Shown in pieces: positions 31,201 through 42,100 of a stretch of DNA of 64,000 nucleotides; position 1 is the stretch's first letter, and the number at the start of each line of letters is the position of its first letter. A program made the position numbers and the translations under genes. Source of the DNA: a virus; the IMG/VR virus record IMGVR_UViG_3300021185_001730, positions 5,531 through 69,530 of that record. The stretch is one strand, 5' to 3'. The notes beneath the pieces are model-generated. The model ran no database searches. It had not been told where the DNA came from and worked only from the letters and a program-made list of their open reading frames with translations.

Positions 31201-34200
31201 ACTCCTATAGATGCAATAAATAATCAGATAGCTGAAAGAGAATCAGAGATATCTGAACAAGTAGGTGAAAAGAAAAAGGTAAGAGCATTAAGAAAAGATA
31301 AAATATATCAAGACTTATTAAAGCAAAGAGAGGACTTGATTGGTCCAGCTAACAAAATCTTATCTCCTAAGTTATCAAAAAGAGATGTAGAAGACATTAA
31401 TATATTTATGGAGTGGGCTAAAACAAACTTGCCTTCATTTATTAATATAGCTGATATTGAATCTTTAGGCAATAACATGAAAGCTGGTGGAGTTAGAGTT
31501 GGGGCATTTGCTTTAGATCTGTCTTCTGTAAGTGGAGGACTAAGAGCAAGTGGTACATTATATACTGGAGCATCTAATCCTTTTAGGTATCATGAAGCTT
31601 TTCATGGTGTATATAGAATGCTACTTACACCACAAGAACAAAAAAGTTTATTGTCTTTTGCTAAGAAACAAAAGAGAGAATCACTTAGGTCAGAAGGCAA
31701 ATCAATTTCAACTGAACTAAAAAAGTTCAGAAACTCTGCAGACACTTATGCTAACATGTCTGATATAGAATTAGAAAACAGATACTATGAAGAGTACATG
31801 GCGGATCAGTTTGAAATATTTAAAACTAACCCTAAAGAAACAAAAATAGATGCAGAAGTTAAATCATTCTTTACAAGAATAATAGAATGGTTTAAATCAT
31901 TATTTAGTACATACAATAAAAATAAACTGCAAACATTGTTTGAGAATATTGATTCTGCAAAATATGCTCAAGCATCAGTAGTTGCTAATGATTTTACATT
32001 AGATCCAAGCCCACAAGTAATTATAGCTAATGCTATATTGCCTTATGAAGGTTTGCAGATTAATGGTAGTAAAGGTTATTTATATTTAGATAGTAACATT
32101 GCTAATAATTTAATTAGTAGTATGGCTGCTAGTTATGTTGGTAGAAAAAATGAAAATATAGATCCAGAAATAAGTAATGCAGATATATTTGAAGATGTAC
32201 TAGAGGATTTTGCTTGGCTATATAATGTAACAAACCCAATCAATAGTAAATATAATTCTTCTCAGGAAGCTTCTAATATAGCTGCTATTGAGCAACTTGA
32301 AAGAATACATGATGCACTTACATTTAATGCATCAGAAAAGATTGAAGATAGCCCAGTATATAAAGCTGTATTTGAAGTTTTAGAACTTATAGATGTACAA
32401 CAACAAATCATTGACAACAATATTGATCAGTATGAAAACAATGAAGGATTAAGAAATGTAACTCAGTTTGGTAAGGAAGCATACATGAGTGGAGGACTGG
32501 CATCTTTACCAACATACATAAGACAATATCTTTCTACTATAACAATGCCTTACACAGATGCATTTGGTAATGAGCAATTAGAAAGTGGAGAGAAATTAGT
32601 TATACCAATAAACTCTTTTAAAACTTACAACGGTATAATTAAATCTGTTAAGAATGAAACAGATCCTTTAAAGATACTACAACGCATGTATACATTTAGT
32701 GGTAATAACCCTAATACTAAAGCTGCAGTAGAAAGTATATTTAATGATATAGGAATAAATTATCATGATGTATCTGAGATAGCTGATATACAACTACCTC
32801 AGCAAATTAAAAATCCTTTGTTATTTAATCAAATTACAAAAGGGTTTACTAACTATAAAGTAAATTGGATATTCTTACAACAAGATAATACTAATGAAGT
32901 AATATCTTTTTCAGCAGCTGAGAGAGATGACACACATACTCAAAATGAACTATGGGGCCAAGCTTACACTACTAAGTCTTTAGATTGGAAAATAAATAAA
33001 GAAAAGAAAAAAGTTGCTACAAGATCAGTTAATGCTATTTATGATGAGCTAATCCAACCAGAAGGATATGAGGATGTTGCTCTAGATAACGTATCTAAAA
33101 AATTAGCACAAGATTTATTTGAGGGTGTAGGTATTAAGTTAAGTCCATTGTATGTTAAGTACAGTATATTGTCTGCCTCAAACCAAACAAAAACTAGCAA
33201 TCAAGAATCTATACTTCAATTTAATAATGAAGTTAAGCCTATTCTAGGAGAAGATATGTTTTGGCTACAAGACATTATTAAAGAGGGTGGAGATTTATTT
33301 AATTCAGAAAATGATGGGGCAATTGCAAGATTAAAAAAATTAGCTATTAATAATGCATTGCTTGATGAAACAGTTGGTCTGTCAGTATTTAGAAATGTAA
33401 ATGGTGATTTAGTTAATGCACATCAGAAGCCTACGTTTCATTTAGAAAAAGTTTATAATTTAAATAAAGAGACTGAGATAAATAGATTAGAATCAGATAA
33501 GTTTTTAGAAAACAATTATCTATTAAATAGTGAAGAATTCTTAAATATGTCAGAAGCTAACCAGCTACAAATTTTAAGGTTGTCTGGTTTAAAAGAAGTA
33601 AAGACATTAGATAGAAGTACCAATCTAGATTCATATCAAGATGGTGTTATAGGTACAACAGAGTATGGCAGTTTTACACCTAAACAACTTACTACATCTA
33701 TTATAAATAATTACTTGTTTGATTATAACTCTAGGAGTAACACTTTAAAAACTAAAATGGATTCTGCTGCAGTAGCACCAATCTTAATTAGGATAATGGA
33801 ATCTTCTAATACAAATGATCAAGTATTATTACCTGTTGTAAAAGCAGTGGATGAAGGTTTAAGAATATCTCCTGACTACTTAGGTCATATATCTGATTTT
33901 ATAGAGAATGAGTATAATAGAATTGTCAGAGAAAATAGTGAAGAAGGAAATTTACCTTTTCAAGAAATTACTACTAAGACAGGTGATGTAATACAGATCC
34001 CAAAAACAATAGAAGGTTACAATGTTCCAGATCAGGATGGTTTAATGAGAATGAATCTTATGTTTAATGCAAAAGATTTAATCTCCCAAGAGCTAAAAGA
34101 TTCACTGGAGGTATCTGCTATACAAGAAAACCCACCTTCTTTTGATAAGGCAGTTAAAGAAGCTTTAGGTAGTCAGAGTATAAACACAATAATAGAAGCT

Positions 34201-37200
34201 CAGCTTGATAAAAAGTTTGAATCTTTTATGGAGATGGTAAATACTTTAGAAGTAGATAGTAAAGTATCTAGACTTTTAGAGAAAGGTTTATTAGATGGAG
34301 TTGAAGGGGCTGTAGCACAACAAAAAGCAAGAGCAGCATCTAGAAAACTCAACTTAACAGATAATAAAACCCATAACTTAAAACAAATATTCTTAAATGA
34401 TTATTTAAACACTAAGTCATTAAATGAATTATTATTAGGTGATCAAGCTGTAATACTTGAAGATTCTATAAAGCAAATTAAAAGAGCTAAAGGACAGAAT
34501 GCTGCTGGAGACAGTATATATTCTCCAGTACCTAATCCTGAATTTGGTGTATTTGAAAGTACTGAAAATATAAATGCTATAATATTAAATGAGCCAACAA
34601 TATTTTCTGAGTTCAGTGGTCAATCAATAGATAGTGCAGATGCACAAGTATTTACAACACTCAAGTTTCATAGACATGCACAATCCTCATTAGGAAATTT
34701 AACAAGAGCTGGAGCACTGGCATTAGACAAAATTGAGGATGGCACACCTCTTACTGCAGAAGAGTTATATGGACCTCAAGGTTTAGCTAAAACTAATCAA
34801 ATGCTGAACTCTAAGAAGTATGTTTACTTTGATGGTAAGACTTATGTAAAGTTTTCTGCTATTGCTTTAACGGAGGATCTTACAAAAAATAATCCTGATC
34901 TAAATAGATTAAGATTAAACATGGAAGCAATGGAAAGAAACTTAGGTGATATTACTTTTGCTGGACCAAAGAGTGCTTTTAAAATGTTAAAGACTAATGT
35001 ACAATCATTAGGTAGTGATATAATAGAACCATCAATACAATTAGATGCAAGATATTTTAGAGAGCAAGTAAAAACAAAAACCAATAAAGATATAATAACA
35101 GAGCAATCTCAAATAAAAGCTTTGGCTACATCTGAACAGATAGATAGCACACCTATACAAATAAAAGGAATGCCCAATGTTAAAAATATTGGTGATGTAA
35201 AAAGGCTGTATAATGAGACGTTAAGTAGAAGGATTGTACTAAAGTTTAAAGACAAAAGAAATCTTATATATACTTTTGATGGTTTAATGTCTGAGTTTTC
35301 ATTAAGCAAGAGTAAAGATTCTATTACACCTAACCTACAAGTCTTTTTAAAGTATGCACTAAACTCATTAAAAGCATCTAAGGCTAGCACAAATCTTATG
35401 GAGTTTTTTACTGTTGATCCTACAACTGGTGAAGTAAAATACAATATAAACAATCCTATTAGTATTGCTAAAGCTGAACAGTTATTTATGAGTTACTTTA
35501 GTCAAGGTGTATTCCAAGAGAAAATACCTGGTCACGGTTTAGCTTTAGTATCAGATAAAGGCTATACTGTACTTAGACGTGTCTTTAGTATGGAGGATAA
35601 CGGCAGGTTAGGTAGAAATGAAGTTATAAGAGGTAGTGTACCAGAAGGTGAAACCGTTTTAAATCTTGAAGTAGATAGCCTAGGTGCTGACTTTAAGTTC
35701 CCATCTGATGGAAAAGGAATTTTAGTAAGAGATAGATTAAGATATCAGTTAGCTGAGTATGATCAGAATGGAAAACGTACTGGACAATATTATAGTGAAG
35801 GTGTATTTGCTGCACATAGTGCTGATATATATAGTGAATTACAAAACAAACCTAATGTTGCTATACCAGATTCTATAGGTAAAATGTTTGCTGTACGTAT
35901 TCCTTCACAAGATAATCATTCAAGTATGAATGTTAAACTTGTAGATTTTATGCCTGCATACTATGGGTCTTCTGCAATGTTTCCTGCTGAACTTATTGAG
36001 ATATCAGGAGCAGACTTTGATATAGATACAGCATACGTACAAATAAAAGAATCTTACTATGATCAAAATGATAAGAAGTTTTATGCCTATGGAGATACAA
36101 AAGGTAGAGAATATTCAGATTACGTAAGATATATAAATCAAGCTGTAAATAAGGATACAATATATTCACAGGCTGCAGCTTCTTTTACTGATCAAGGTAG
36201 TAAGTTAGAAGATTCATACACTGATGCTGAACTTATAGACTCTGATTTTTCAGATAGAGCATTAAAGGCTGCCTCAAGATTAGGACTTCCAATCACAAAA
36301 TCACAGTATCAAAATTATGTAAATAAAAATGGTGAGCCATATCAAGCACCTTTAAATAATAATGTCTTAGATTATAAGTATGCACTAATGGGTAATGAAG
36401 CTGTAAAAGAAATTTCAGTTACACCTGCTACATTAGTTGCTATAGAACAAGCCTATGATGAATTAAAAACTGCAGCACCAGAATATGTTGCTAGATTAGA
36501 TAATGAAAACATTGATGTTGATAGTATTACAGGTAAAGCAATATCTTTTGAAGTAAACAAAGGAGCTGCTATTGGTAGAGCTGTATCACCAAACTTATAC
36601 TTAAGTTTATTAGGTGAGTATAAAATTAATGTAGGAGGTTTAGGATTTAACTTAAGAGGGGAAATATATGATAGTTTTGGTACAGAGCTAAATACTTATG
36701 GTAATAGACTTCAAGATGAGATATCTTCTATAATAACAATGCTTACAGATAACTCAAAAGAAAACTATGTTGCTAAATTAGGAATGCATCCATCAGCAGT
36801 TGGTCTTGCAGTAAATGCAGTTGCCTTAGGTGTACCTTTATCAGATGCTGTTTTATTATTAAATGGTAAAATAGTTAGAGACTTATTTGCAGAAGCTAAT
36901 AACAAAGTAGATAAGTTTGATGCAAGCTTTACAACATTAGTGAAACAACAACTTAAAGGTTTAAAGAATGTTAAAGCTAACGCAGAGGTTGGATTAGAAA
37001 CAATAGAAAAATCTGTAAGAGGAGAAGAGCTTACTAAAAAAGAACAAAAATCTATACTGCTTGTTATAAGCAATTTAAATACTATATCAGGTTTTACTGG
37101 TAAAATGGCTTCTATAACTTCTATGTCTGGCCGTGGTATTGGATCTAACTTTAGTGATATACAAAAAAGACTTGATGATTTTTATGATATAGGTGTAATC

Positions 37201-39156
37201 CAAAGAGTAAATGGCCCTGTACAAAAACCTATAATAGATATTACTCCTATACTAGAAAGCAGTTGGGTTAAATCAAATATAGATGTATTTAATGAAATTG
37301 CTGGTAATTTAATTCCTGCCACATTTATTTCAGGTACTCCGGCATTTAATGAAATATATAATAAGATTTCTAGAAATTTAAGCAATAACAAAAAAACGTT
37401 TACTGTATTAGATCAACAGAAAGTAAAAAGAGATATGCTTTCTTTCTTTACTATACAAGCTTATAGACAAAAGACTAAAGAGTCTGAAGTAAAAGATGGT
37501 GCAACACTTACAAATCAATTACTATATCCTAATGAATTTGATAATTCAATATTTGAAGCAGTTAATAGATTGAGTCAAGCAGATAAAGGGAACTTCTTCT
37601 TAGAAAGCTTTGTTACTATGGTACCTATGTTTGCAGAAACAAACATGACAGGTATGAATTTATTACAAGCTAACACATGGAGAGGATTAGATAAAGAACA
37701 AAAGGTTGATTTACAAACTTCATTTACTAAGCTTTACGGCAACCCTCTTTTAAGAAAAGATGCTATGACCATAGTCAACTACATAATGGTTAAAGATGGT
37801 TTACAGGCAGCTAAGGGAAGTTTATTGGATGCTATTTCTCCATTTGTGATGGATGAATACTTACAACAAATTAACAATGTCAGTGATGTTTTTCTAACTA
37901 ATAAAGGTTGGTTAGAAACATTTGGTGCTGAGCGTGATGACTTAGTTGATTATTTTGAGAACGGTTATTTTAAATCTGCAACATCTAACTCAAAAGTTAA
38001 AACCGTTATGGTTAATGATCCTTTAGATATAAACTCACGTTACACATCAAAAGAAGGTAATGTAATTTATACTCTAGACAAAGATGATAACGTAAATGCA
38101 TTACCTAGATACATAAATTTTGCAGATGCTATAACTGGTTTTAGCCAGCTATATGTACTAGATAATATAGATAAGAAAAAGGCAAGTTATGTACAAAGCC
38201 AATTAGAAGGTTCTTATTATCAAAATGGTATTGGGTTTATGTTTGGAAAAAGACCTACTACTTTAGAGAATAGAGACAACATCAGGAATAGAGGTGAAAT
38301 GAAAAGTGCTTACGGTGCAGAATCATTTGGTGCAATGACAATAGAGCAGATGGCACCTCCTGTAAATTCACCACAAAATCAAGCATTAGCAAATGAAAAT
38401 GCAACGTTTGAAGCAACTGAGAATGAGATTACCTTTACTGCAGAAGATACAGCAAATGCTATTAATATTGCTGACACAGGTGCATTAGATAATCTCTTAG
38501 GCTTGAAAAAACAAAATAATAAAGTTGCAAAGCCTGTTGAATCTAACATAAGTAATTTAGTTTCAGCATGGTTAAAAACTAAAGAAGGTTCTTTAGAAAA
38601 TCAAACTGCTGAGCAATCAGCAAATAAATTTGCACTAGAGTATGCAAAAAGAAATCCAGTAGGAGAAAGAGATGGTAGAACTGTAGATCAAATTGCAGAA
38701 GACAACAAGAAGTTAAGCAAAGATGAAAGAAAAGAAAATGCTAAACAAATAGGTGCAGACTTATTTAATACGATAGCCCAAGGAATGAATGTTAGCAGTG
38801 CAGTATTATCTGAAATTAATAATCAAACTAGAGCTGAGCTAAATGTTGTAGATGAAGCAACAGGTATATTAGATGCACAGGCAGATATGCCAATCTTAAA
38901 TGAAAGTGAACAACAAATGACGTTAAACTTTGATCAAGAGATTAGTGATCAATATCCTACAATTACTTCATTTTATAATAGTATCTTTACAGTGCCTGGT
39001 GTTGGAGGAGATATAGTTGCTCAAAGAGATATATTAGAAAATAATAATTTAGATTCTCTTGAAGCTATGGTAGAGTTTTATAATAGTCCAACTACTGAGT
39101 TTGAATCAGAGCAGGCTTTTGAGGATTATGTAAAGAAATGTATATTAGGAATTTAA
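25207..39156 (+). CDS. Giant virion-packaged RNA polymerase polyprotein with zincin-like domain
   Basis: 'VRIPSQDNHS...ISGADFDID' catalytic motif (DFDID at 36013-36027) as in phi14:2 gp66-type RNAPs; HEAFH (31591-31605) followed by 'EEYMADQF'; Gly/Ala-rich hydrophobic N-terminal region. Confidence 0.85.
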   Translation: MADENIKMPQPDYDLKQRIAQDAVDVNPIDTSLPYQSIEDLIPDMRNEVSDEYDRSISMYKGLMDNISPSTLANISAGANSSVVNAAPPIPTELGSASAFDEIWQTPLETSVELPNPIWANAKTINFDKIYPTDVFSDIGFTPYADMDQIFNKNETSADYLTRFTPAFKSLFRSGRFANYRSIADAFSGDYTSAPDLEGATTMEDAMRLGGSSTGSLGGFIGNTALNWAYSAGIVYQIALEEVAAAGIAAASSLPSGGSSLAAFGALTLKNLATLTRIPKTIANGFKASYNLVKNFDNIAYAKKFYEFARSGQTLRNIGRGGLQLISPEMAHTIKNWKTTGNTFQNAYNIGKNTQVFGAFYRDMRMYNAALAESKMEAGLVYNTVLENGMRYANFRSDGNGVSPGEMKKIQLAASEASWKTLAPNFAIISASNRIVFKNVFGSWARKLNQGATTQLSRMLRVGPGKYAKKSKYMLKSIPQEIKAGFKLGAWKGVAKTSGGLMLRYGASGLVEGTQEVSQEAISAAVGGYYSAALREPTQGGALAMSGFYGAAGKEIFTKQGLETFASGFLIGGMMGPYQQVLFEGVPAIFSTARAKVANSKYFDPSGDKQVVDYVKQQRQQQEAVIDDVIAQANKMGTQLEQLDLLLDPAKMSAALQDQEAGMANLSIALNNKYDYLNGRNFTRFENLYSKYKNGTMGLYRDMVTDFSKMSDTELAEAFDKKDFGRSPEKLRKQFIDELNRINEFGERVASKSMDEMFESKKFDLSEYDQSSKGYRDAVFHNRAVDQAKMLYIFSKESFIDAIKRQADIEQSFENEPIFTKQKYGDVRVLVNAESIDTEIKMLTKEIKAKEEAGVPASELKKDKRKLKDLKGYYAILTDPKNLTKKGFFNRSKTKAIKGALQTYLNGIAGDKSDYVNPEVVETLLEKLIDHQALQEDAFAFSQTVNIMANPEVTAEIVQRNVEYFEYLFKNRKEIYRHQTEQYLESDKKNKLINAIASYDVYMKPELIRDFLSGEIGVEGLYEGLNKGDFSIDGRALGGAIQLNEDQDLQQKIIGEILTYKLLIEKEKDVRDIESNKSTEQQIDVEETLQDAGVDDIQIGDTTRSPMLKSILETEYRKYKESAFTKDAKEFADWRVSDDGTRIKTAYDALKRVWGKGYDIFVTENGQQVSRRRVPSQKDLNTEKGFQDYLNSKVALEDPTVVDILNALDLTMDIFTTANSQTVSRSKPPVAEGVMFDITEVVTDGGSFYKITDKQGGSLSQAQLDIISTDIRETGTFTDLSKAKRLLDILDREISDGSTFMFDGQAVSKGMSVYDKNTGEEFRINSTANKGGMISIVPSEFYTDDYKTRYNNSKPVSELDFFVNYELEKLSFDTLPTNTYKLYSDRVAKAYTPLSPEAYKFILNLLTPVDFQNLIVDIQENEMINEPIKDDRFYGNDQSKANPYIKKQRERYTIALKLSKDQTVDFNKLLTDNKLPIIEGKFVNERGEGTIAFLPNDSLYFVDARGKVVVPSAMTTDYAKNIIIPSSNDLGMQAALDQFSNDYDTQAVLVSFANDMISKDQTVGTLAEGLKITRSDGIPAYKKGTNPEISLSQLSQSTTTDGAIIIYDIKRDSAGNMIGDEPTIISNLKSDAKIELANRIENNLKQAGLWNKMISGDKTGPNGGYTDRYIMPIEQPNGLMTLATAKAIRVEENTVIKMFNDLLQQGSVAAKDNMTTKNGRKVINDKGFNDEFKVKFIEDYGEFFISGAKGVNVTIDVAPDGALRADLFNKYTGKKGKVYYNAADQQKAGTTIQHLERFTEKIIKDPKGIEVGVETLGINNFRKSIPLDASVDMLMEDLVTKLGPEIRTGQYINVEASAGAIQATKDKGIFLARPRTELEPDKLKRVEDTEERREDPARERARAITNLGDKISQENVEKAFQKSEDDTISSEAFLEFTNNGVVETKVIQSIADKIKTGQQLSQREKAIRQAKSQEIEDLLKATVTKDQKNDIDLTLIAQTPIDAINNQIAERESEISEQVGEKKKVRALRKDKIYQDLLKQREDLIGPANKILSPKLSKRDVEDINIFMEWAKTNLPSFINIADIESLGNNMKAGGVRVGAFALDLSSVSGGLRASGTLYTGASNPFRYHEAFHGVYRMLLTPQEQKSLLSFAKKQKRESLRSEGKSISTELKKFRNSADTYANMSDIELENRYYEEYMADQFEIFKTNPKETKIDAEVKSFFTRIIEWFKSLFSTYNKNKLQTLFENIDSAKYAQASVVANDFTLDPSPQVIIANAILPYEGLQINGSKGYLYLDSNIANNLISSMAASYVGRKNENIDPEISNADIFEDVLEDFAWLYNVTNPINSKYNSSQEASNIAAIEQLERIHDALTFNASEKIEDSPVYKAVFEVLELIDVQQQIIDNNIDQYENNEGLRNVTQFGKEAYMSGGLASLPTYIRQYLSTITMPYTDAFGNEQLESGEKLVIPINSFKTYNGIIKSVKNETDPLKILQRMYTFSGNNPNTKAAVESIFNDIGINYHDVSEIADIQLPQQIKNPLLFNQITKGFTNYKVNWIFLQQDNTNEVISFSAAERDDTHTQNELWGQAYTTKSLDWKINKEKKKVATRSVNAIYDELIQPEGYEDVALDNVSKKLAQDLFEGVGIKLSPLYVKYSILSASNQTKTSNQESILQFNNEVKPILGEDMFWLQDIIKEGGDLFNSENDGAIARLKKLAINNALLDETVGLSVFRNVNGDLVNAHQKPTFHLEKVYNLNKETEINRLESDKFLENNYLLNSEEFLNMSEANQLQILRLSGLKEVKTLDRSTNLDSYQDGVIGTTEYGSFTPKQLTTSIINNYLFDYNSRSNTLKTKMDSAAVAPILIRIMESSNTNDQVLLPVVKAVDEGLRISPDYLGHISDFIENEYNRIVRENSEEGNLPFQEITTKTGDVIQIPKTIEGYNVPDQDGLMRMNLMFNAKDLISQELKDSLEVSAIQENPPSFDKAVKEALGSQSINTIIEAQLDKKFESFMEMVNTLEVDSKVSRLLEKGLLDGVEGAVAQQKARAASRKLNLTDNKTHNLKQIFLNDYLNTKSLNELLLGDQAVILEDSIKQIKRAKGQNAAGDSIYSPVPNPEFGVFESTENINAIILNEPTIFSEFSGQSIDSADAQVFTTLKFHRHAQSSLGNLTRAGALALDKIEDGTPLTAEELYGPQGLAKTNQMLNSKKYVYFDGKTYVKFSAIALTEDLTKNNPDLNRLRLNMEAMERNLGDITFAGPKSAFKMLKTNVQSLGSDIIEPSIQLDARYFREQVKTKTNKDIITEQSQIKALATSEQIDSTPIQIKGMPNVKNIGDVKRLYNETLSRRIVLKFKDKRNLIYTFDGLMSEFSLSKSKDSITPNLQVFLKYALNSLKASKASTNLMEFFTVDPTTGEVKYNINNPISIAKAEQLFMSYFSQGVFQEKIPGHGLALVSDKGYTVLRRVFSMEDNGRLGRNEVIRGSVPEGETVLNLEVDSLGADFKFPSDGKGILVRDRLRYQLAEYDQNGKRTGQYYSEGVFAAHSADIYSELQNKPNVAIPDSIGKMFAVRIPSQDNHSSMNVKLVDFMPAYYGSSAMFPAELIEISGADFDIDTAYVQIKESYYDQNDKKFYAYGDTKGREYSDYVRYINQAVNKDTIYSQAAASFTDQGSKLEDSYTDAELIDSDFSDRALKAASRLGLPITKSQYQNYVNKNGEPYQAPLNNNVLDYKYALMGNEAVKEISVTPATLVAIEQAYDELKTAAPEYVARLDNENIDVDSITGKAISFEVNKGAAIGRAVSPNLYLSLLGEYKINVGGLGFNLRGEIYDSFGTELNTYGNRLQDEISSIITMLTDNSKENYVAKLGMHPSAVGLAVNAVALGVPLSDAVLLLNGKIVRDLFAEANNKVDKFDASFTTLVKQQLKGLKNVKANAEVGLETIEKSVRGEELTKKEQKSILLVISNLNTISGFTGKMASITSMSGRGIGSNFSDIQKRLDDFYDIGVIQRVNGPVQKPIIDITPILESSWVKSNIDVFNEIAGNLIPATFISGTPAFNEIYNKISRNLSNNKKTFTVLDQQKVKRDMLSFFTIQAYRQKTKESEVKDGATLTNQLLYPNEFDNSIFEAVNRLSQADKGNFFLESFVTMVPMFAETNMTGMNLLQANTWRGLDKEQKVDLQTSFTKLYGNPLLRKDAMTIVNYIMVKDGLQAAKGSLLDAISPFVMDEYLQQINNVSDVFLTNKGWLETFGAERDDLVDYFENGYFKSATSNSKVKTVMVNDPLDINSRYTSKEGNVIYTLDKDDNVNALPRYINFADAITGFSQLYVLDNIDKKKASYVQSQLEGSYYQNGIGFMFGKRPTTLENRDNIRNRGEMKSAYGAESFGAMTIEQMAPPVNSPQNQALANENATFEATENEITFTAEDTANAINIADTGALDNLLGLKKQNNKVAKPVESNISNLVSAWLKTKEGSLENQTAEQSANKFALEYAKRNPVGERDGRTVDQIAEDNKKLSKDERKENAKQIGADLFNTIAQGMNVSSAVLSEINNQTRAELNVVDEATGILDAQADMPILNESEQQMTLNFDQEISDQYPTITSFYNSIFTVPGVGGDIVAQRDILENNNLDSLEAMVEFYNSPTTEFESEQAFEDYVKKCILGI

Positions 39157-39165
39157 TAGAAAGCA

Positions 39166-42100
39166 ATGAGTAGATGTCATAACAAAAATACAGCAGAATA
39201 CCAGTCTTTAAAACAAGAGTATGGTACAGATGCGGCTACAGGAAATATAATTGATCAGTATCAAGCATTTACAAAAACTGATACAGTACCTACTGTTGCA
39301 GAAGCAATAGAATTTATTACTAATAAACAAACACTTTATAACTTAAAGCAATTAGATTTTGGTCAGTCATTACTAAACAACTTAAGAAGACTTAGCATTA
39401 TACATAGCTTTCAAGGTAAGTATTTTATAAATAATACTGATAGAGATACTTTACAACCAAGCAATGAATTAGTTGAAGCAAATAGAAAAAGGTTAGAAAA
39501 ATATTTAGATATAAATAATATTCCAGCTGAGTCAGTGCTTATTTCTAAAACACCAAAGACATATACTGTTAGTATAGACAGCACTATGTTTAGTCCAATA
39601 GATATGCTTGAGTCATCAAGAGCTTGGGACAAACCTAGAACAAGACATGTAGTTATGCATTTAATGAAACTGATTCCTGGATTGAATGTTTCTATGAAAT
39701 CAGTAAGTGAAGCAAAAGCACTTTATGAAAAAATACCACAGTGGAGAAAGTCAAAAGTTCCTTTTGATCAAATTAATTCATTTTATGTAGAGAATAATGT
39801 TATTCTTATAAAGGGTAGGGTTACCGATGAGATAGCAATAGAAGAGGTGCTTCACCCATTTGTGGAAGCAGTAAGGGTAAGTAATATAAAATTATTTGAA
39901 GGTTTATTATCAGAAGCAGGTAAAGCATTTCCTGTTATGAAACAGCAAATAGATGATGCTTATAATAGCAAAAGAAATGTTAGTGCGGTAGATAGAGAGA
40001 TGGAATTAATTACCCAAGCATTATCTAGACATTATAATAATGAGTATGAGGAAACTCCACCACAAAGTTTTATGGATAAGATCCGTGAATTATTAGAGTG
40101 GTTGTCAGCAATAATTAAAAACTTAAATGAAGTAATTACCGGTAGAACTATCAATATAGATAATATATCTGAACGAGCTAGCTTATCTGATATTGCTAAA
40201 TTATTAAATACAACAGGTATAGTATTTAATATAGATACATCACAAACTAACGGTAAAGTAAAATATAACTTATCTCCTAGAAAACAAAAGGTGGTAGATG
40301 GAGTAAAGGGAAAATCAAATGAATTACAAAAACGTATTATTGATAGACTAACACATAAAGTAAATGCTTCAAAACAAGAAGCTGATTCATTATCTGTTAG
40401 TGCAGGCCCTGAAGTAGCTATACAAAATAGTGATCCACTAGTTATTTTAAATAAAAAAGATGGTAAATTTTACAACCTAACAAATAGAAAACAAGTTAAG
40501 TCAGTCTCAGATGTTGTTGGTAGAAAGAAAGATTCTCAAAAGACAATTGAAGTTAAACAAGATATAAGCTTAATGTTAGATGCAATTGCAATTGATGAAT
40601 CATTTGAAAGCATTCAAGACAAATTTGTTGGTTTAACACCTGAGTTTGCTCAAAAAGCATTTAATAATCTAGTAGAAGAATTACATACTACAATGAACTC
40701 AACTGATAGAATGCTAACAAATGTAGTATTCTATGATCAATTAACTGACACAGCAGGTGTTGCTGATGTGGTTATATTAAATAGAGTTGGTCATTTTAAA
40801 ATATTAAAGCTACAAATTAATGAGGCTAATGTGATGACCAAAAATCCAAAGTCTTGGATTAAAGGTGTATTAAAACAAGACATAGAAAAAAGCTCATACT
40901 ATCAAGATAAAATTGACTTAGAAGAAGGAAACTTATTAAAGGATGATAAATTAACCTTGTCAGTTCAAGATCAGGTAGAGGTAGGTTTAGTTAGAAGAAT
41001 GGCACAAAATCAAGGATATGATATTGTGTATGGAGATAATGCTGTACAAAGTTTAATATTAAGCTATAAAGGTAAAGCATTACAATTTCATGGTCATATA
41101 TCTCATCCTCAATTTCAAAATGATAATCACGTAGATTCTGTAATACCATATGCTGCATATACTGTATCAGATGATGAAGTAAAGAAATTATCTAAAGATT
41201 TAGAAGAAGGACTTTATGATATAGACAGAAAGGATTCTGAAATAGAAACCCTAGCTGAGCAAGTTGACCCATCATTATATCCTGCAGAAAGCACTATTAG
41301 TGTAGCATTAGATAATTATTATGAAGCTTTAGTGGATGAAGCTAGAGTTAGGGAAATGACTGAAGCAAATATATTTAGTGATAGATCTAAGGCAGATCAT
41401 AAAGAAACAATTGCTAACACGCTAGCATATATTAATGTTGCTAAGGCAGAAGGTCCTGTGGCTCAGTCTGTTGCATATACTAAAATACTTAGGGACTCAT
41501 TGTCTGAAATGAAAAAGTTTTCTGCTTATGTTGTTGATCCAAAGAGTGTTGCTGAAGATCCAAATTATATTAGATATGTAATGAACTTTAATAAGTTCTT
41601 AACCACATTTGATGGGCTTTATTTGATAGAAAACAACACTGATATTAATGCAACACAAAGATCTTTAATAGGTCAGATTAATATTGAACTTGTAAAGCTA
41701 TTAGGTGCACCAACAATAAAAGGAAATGGACAAGGAGAAGGTATAGTAAACAAAGCCATTCTTAATTATGTTCATGATTTGACTTTACAATTGTCTCAAG
41801 ATGGAATGAGCCAAGACAAAAACAACATACTACAGTCACATAGTGGAAAGACATTTACTGTTGATGATATAGAAGATATACTTAAGATGGTTCCAGATGT
41901 TGATGGAGCAGAACTGTATTCAAAAGATCTAGCTACATCAGCTGATTTTCTTTTATCTTCTATGGATAAATTATTTAAAATTAAAAGAATTGAATTTTTA
42001 GATAAAGTTAAGCTTAGAGAAAAGAAACTTAGAGAAGGAGGTGCAGCACTACTTTCCTTAGATACAGAAACAGATTTACAAAAGCTGTATGACTTTATGT

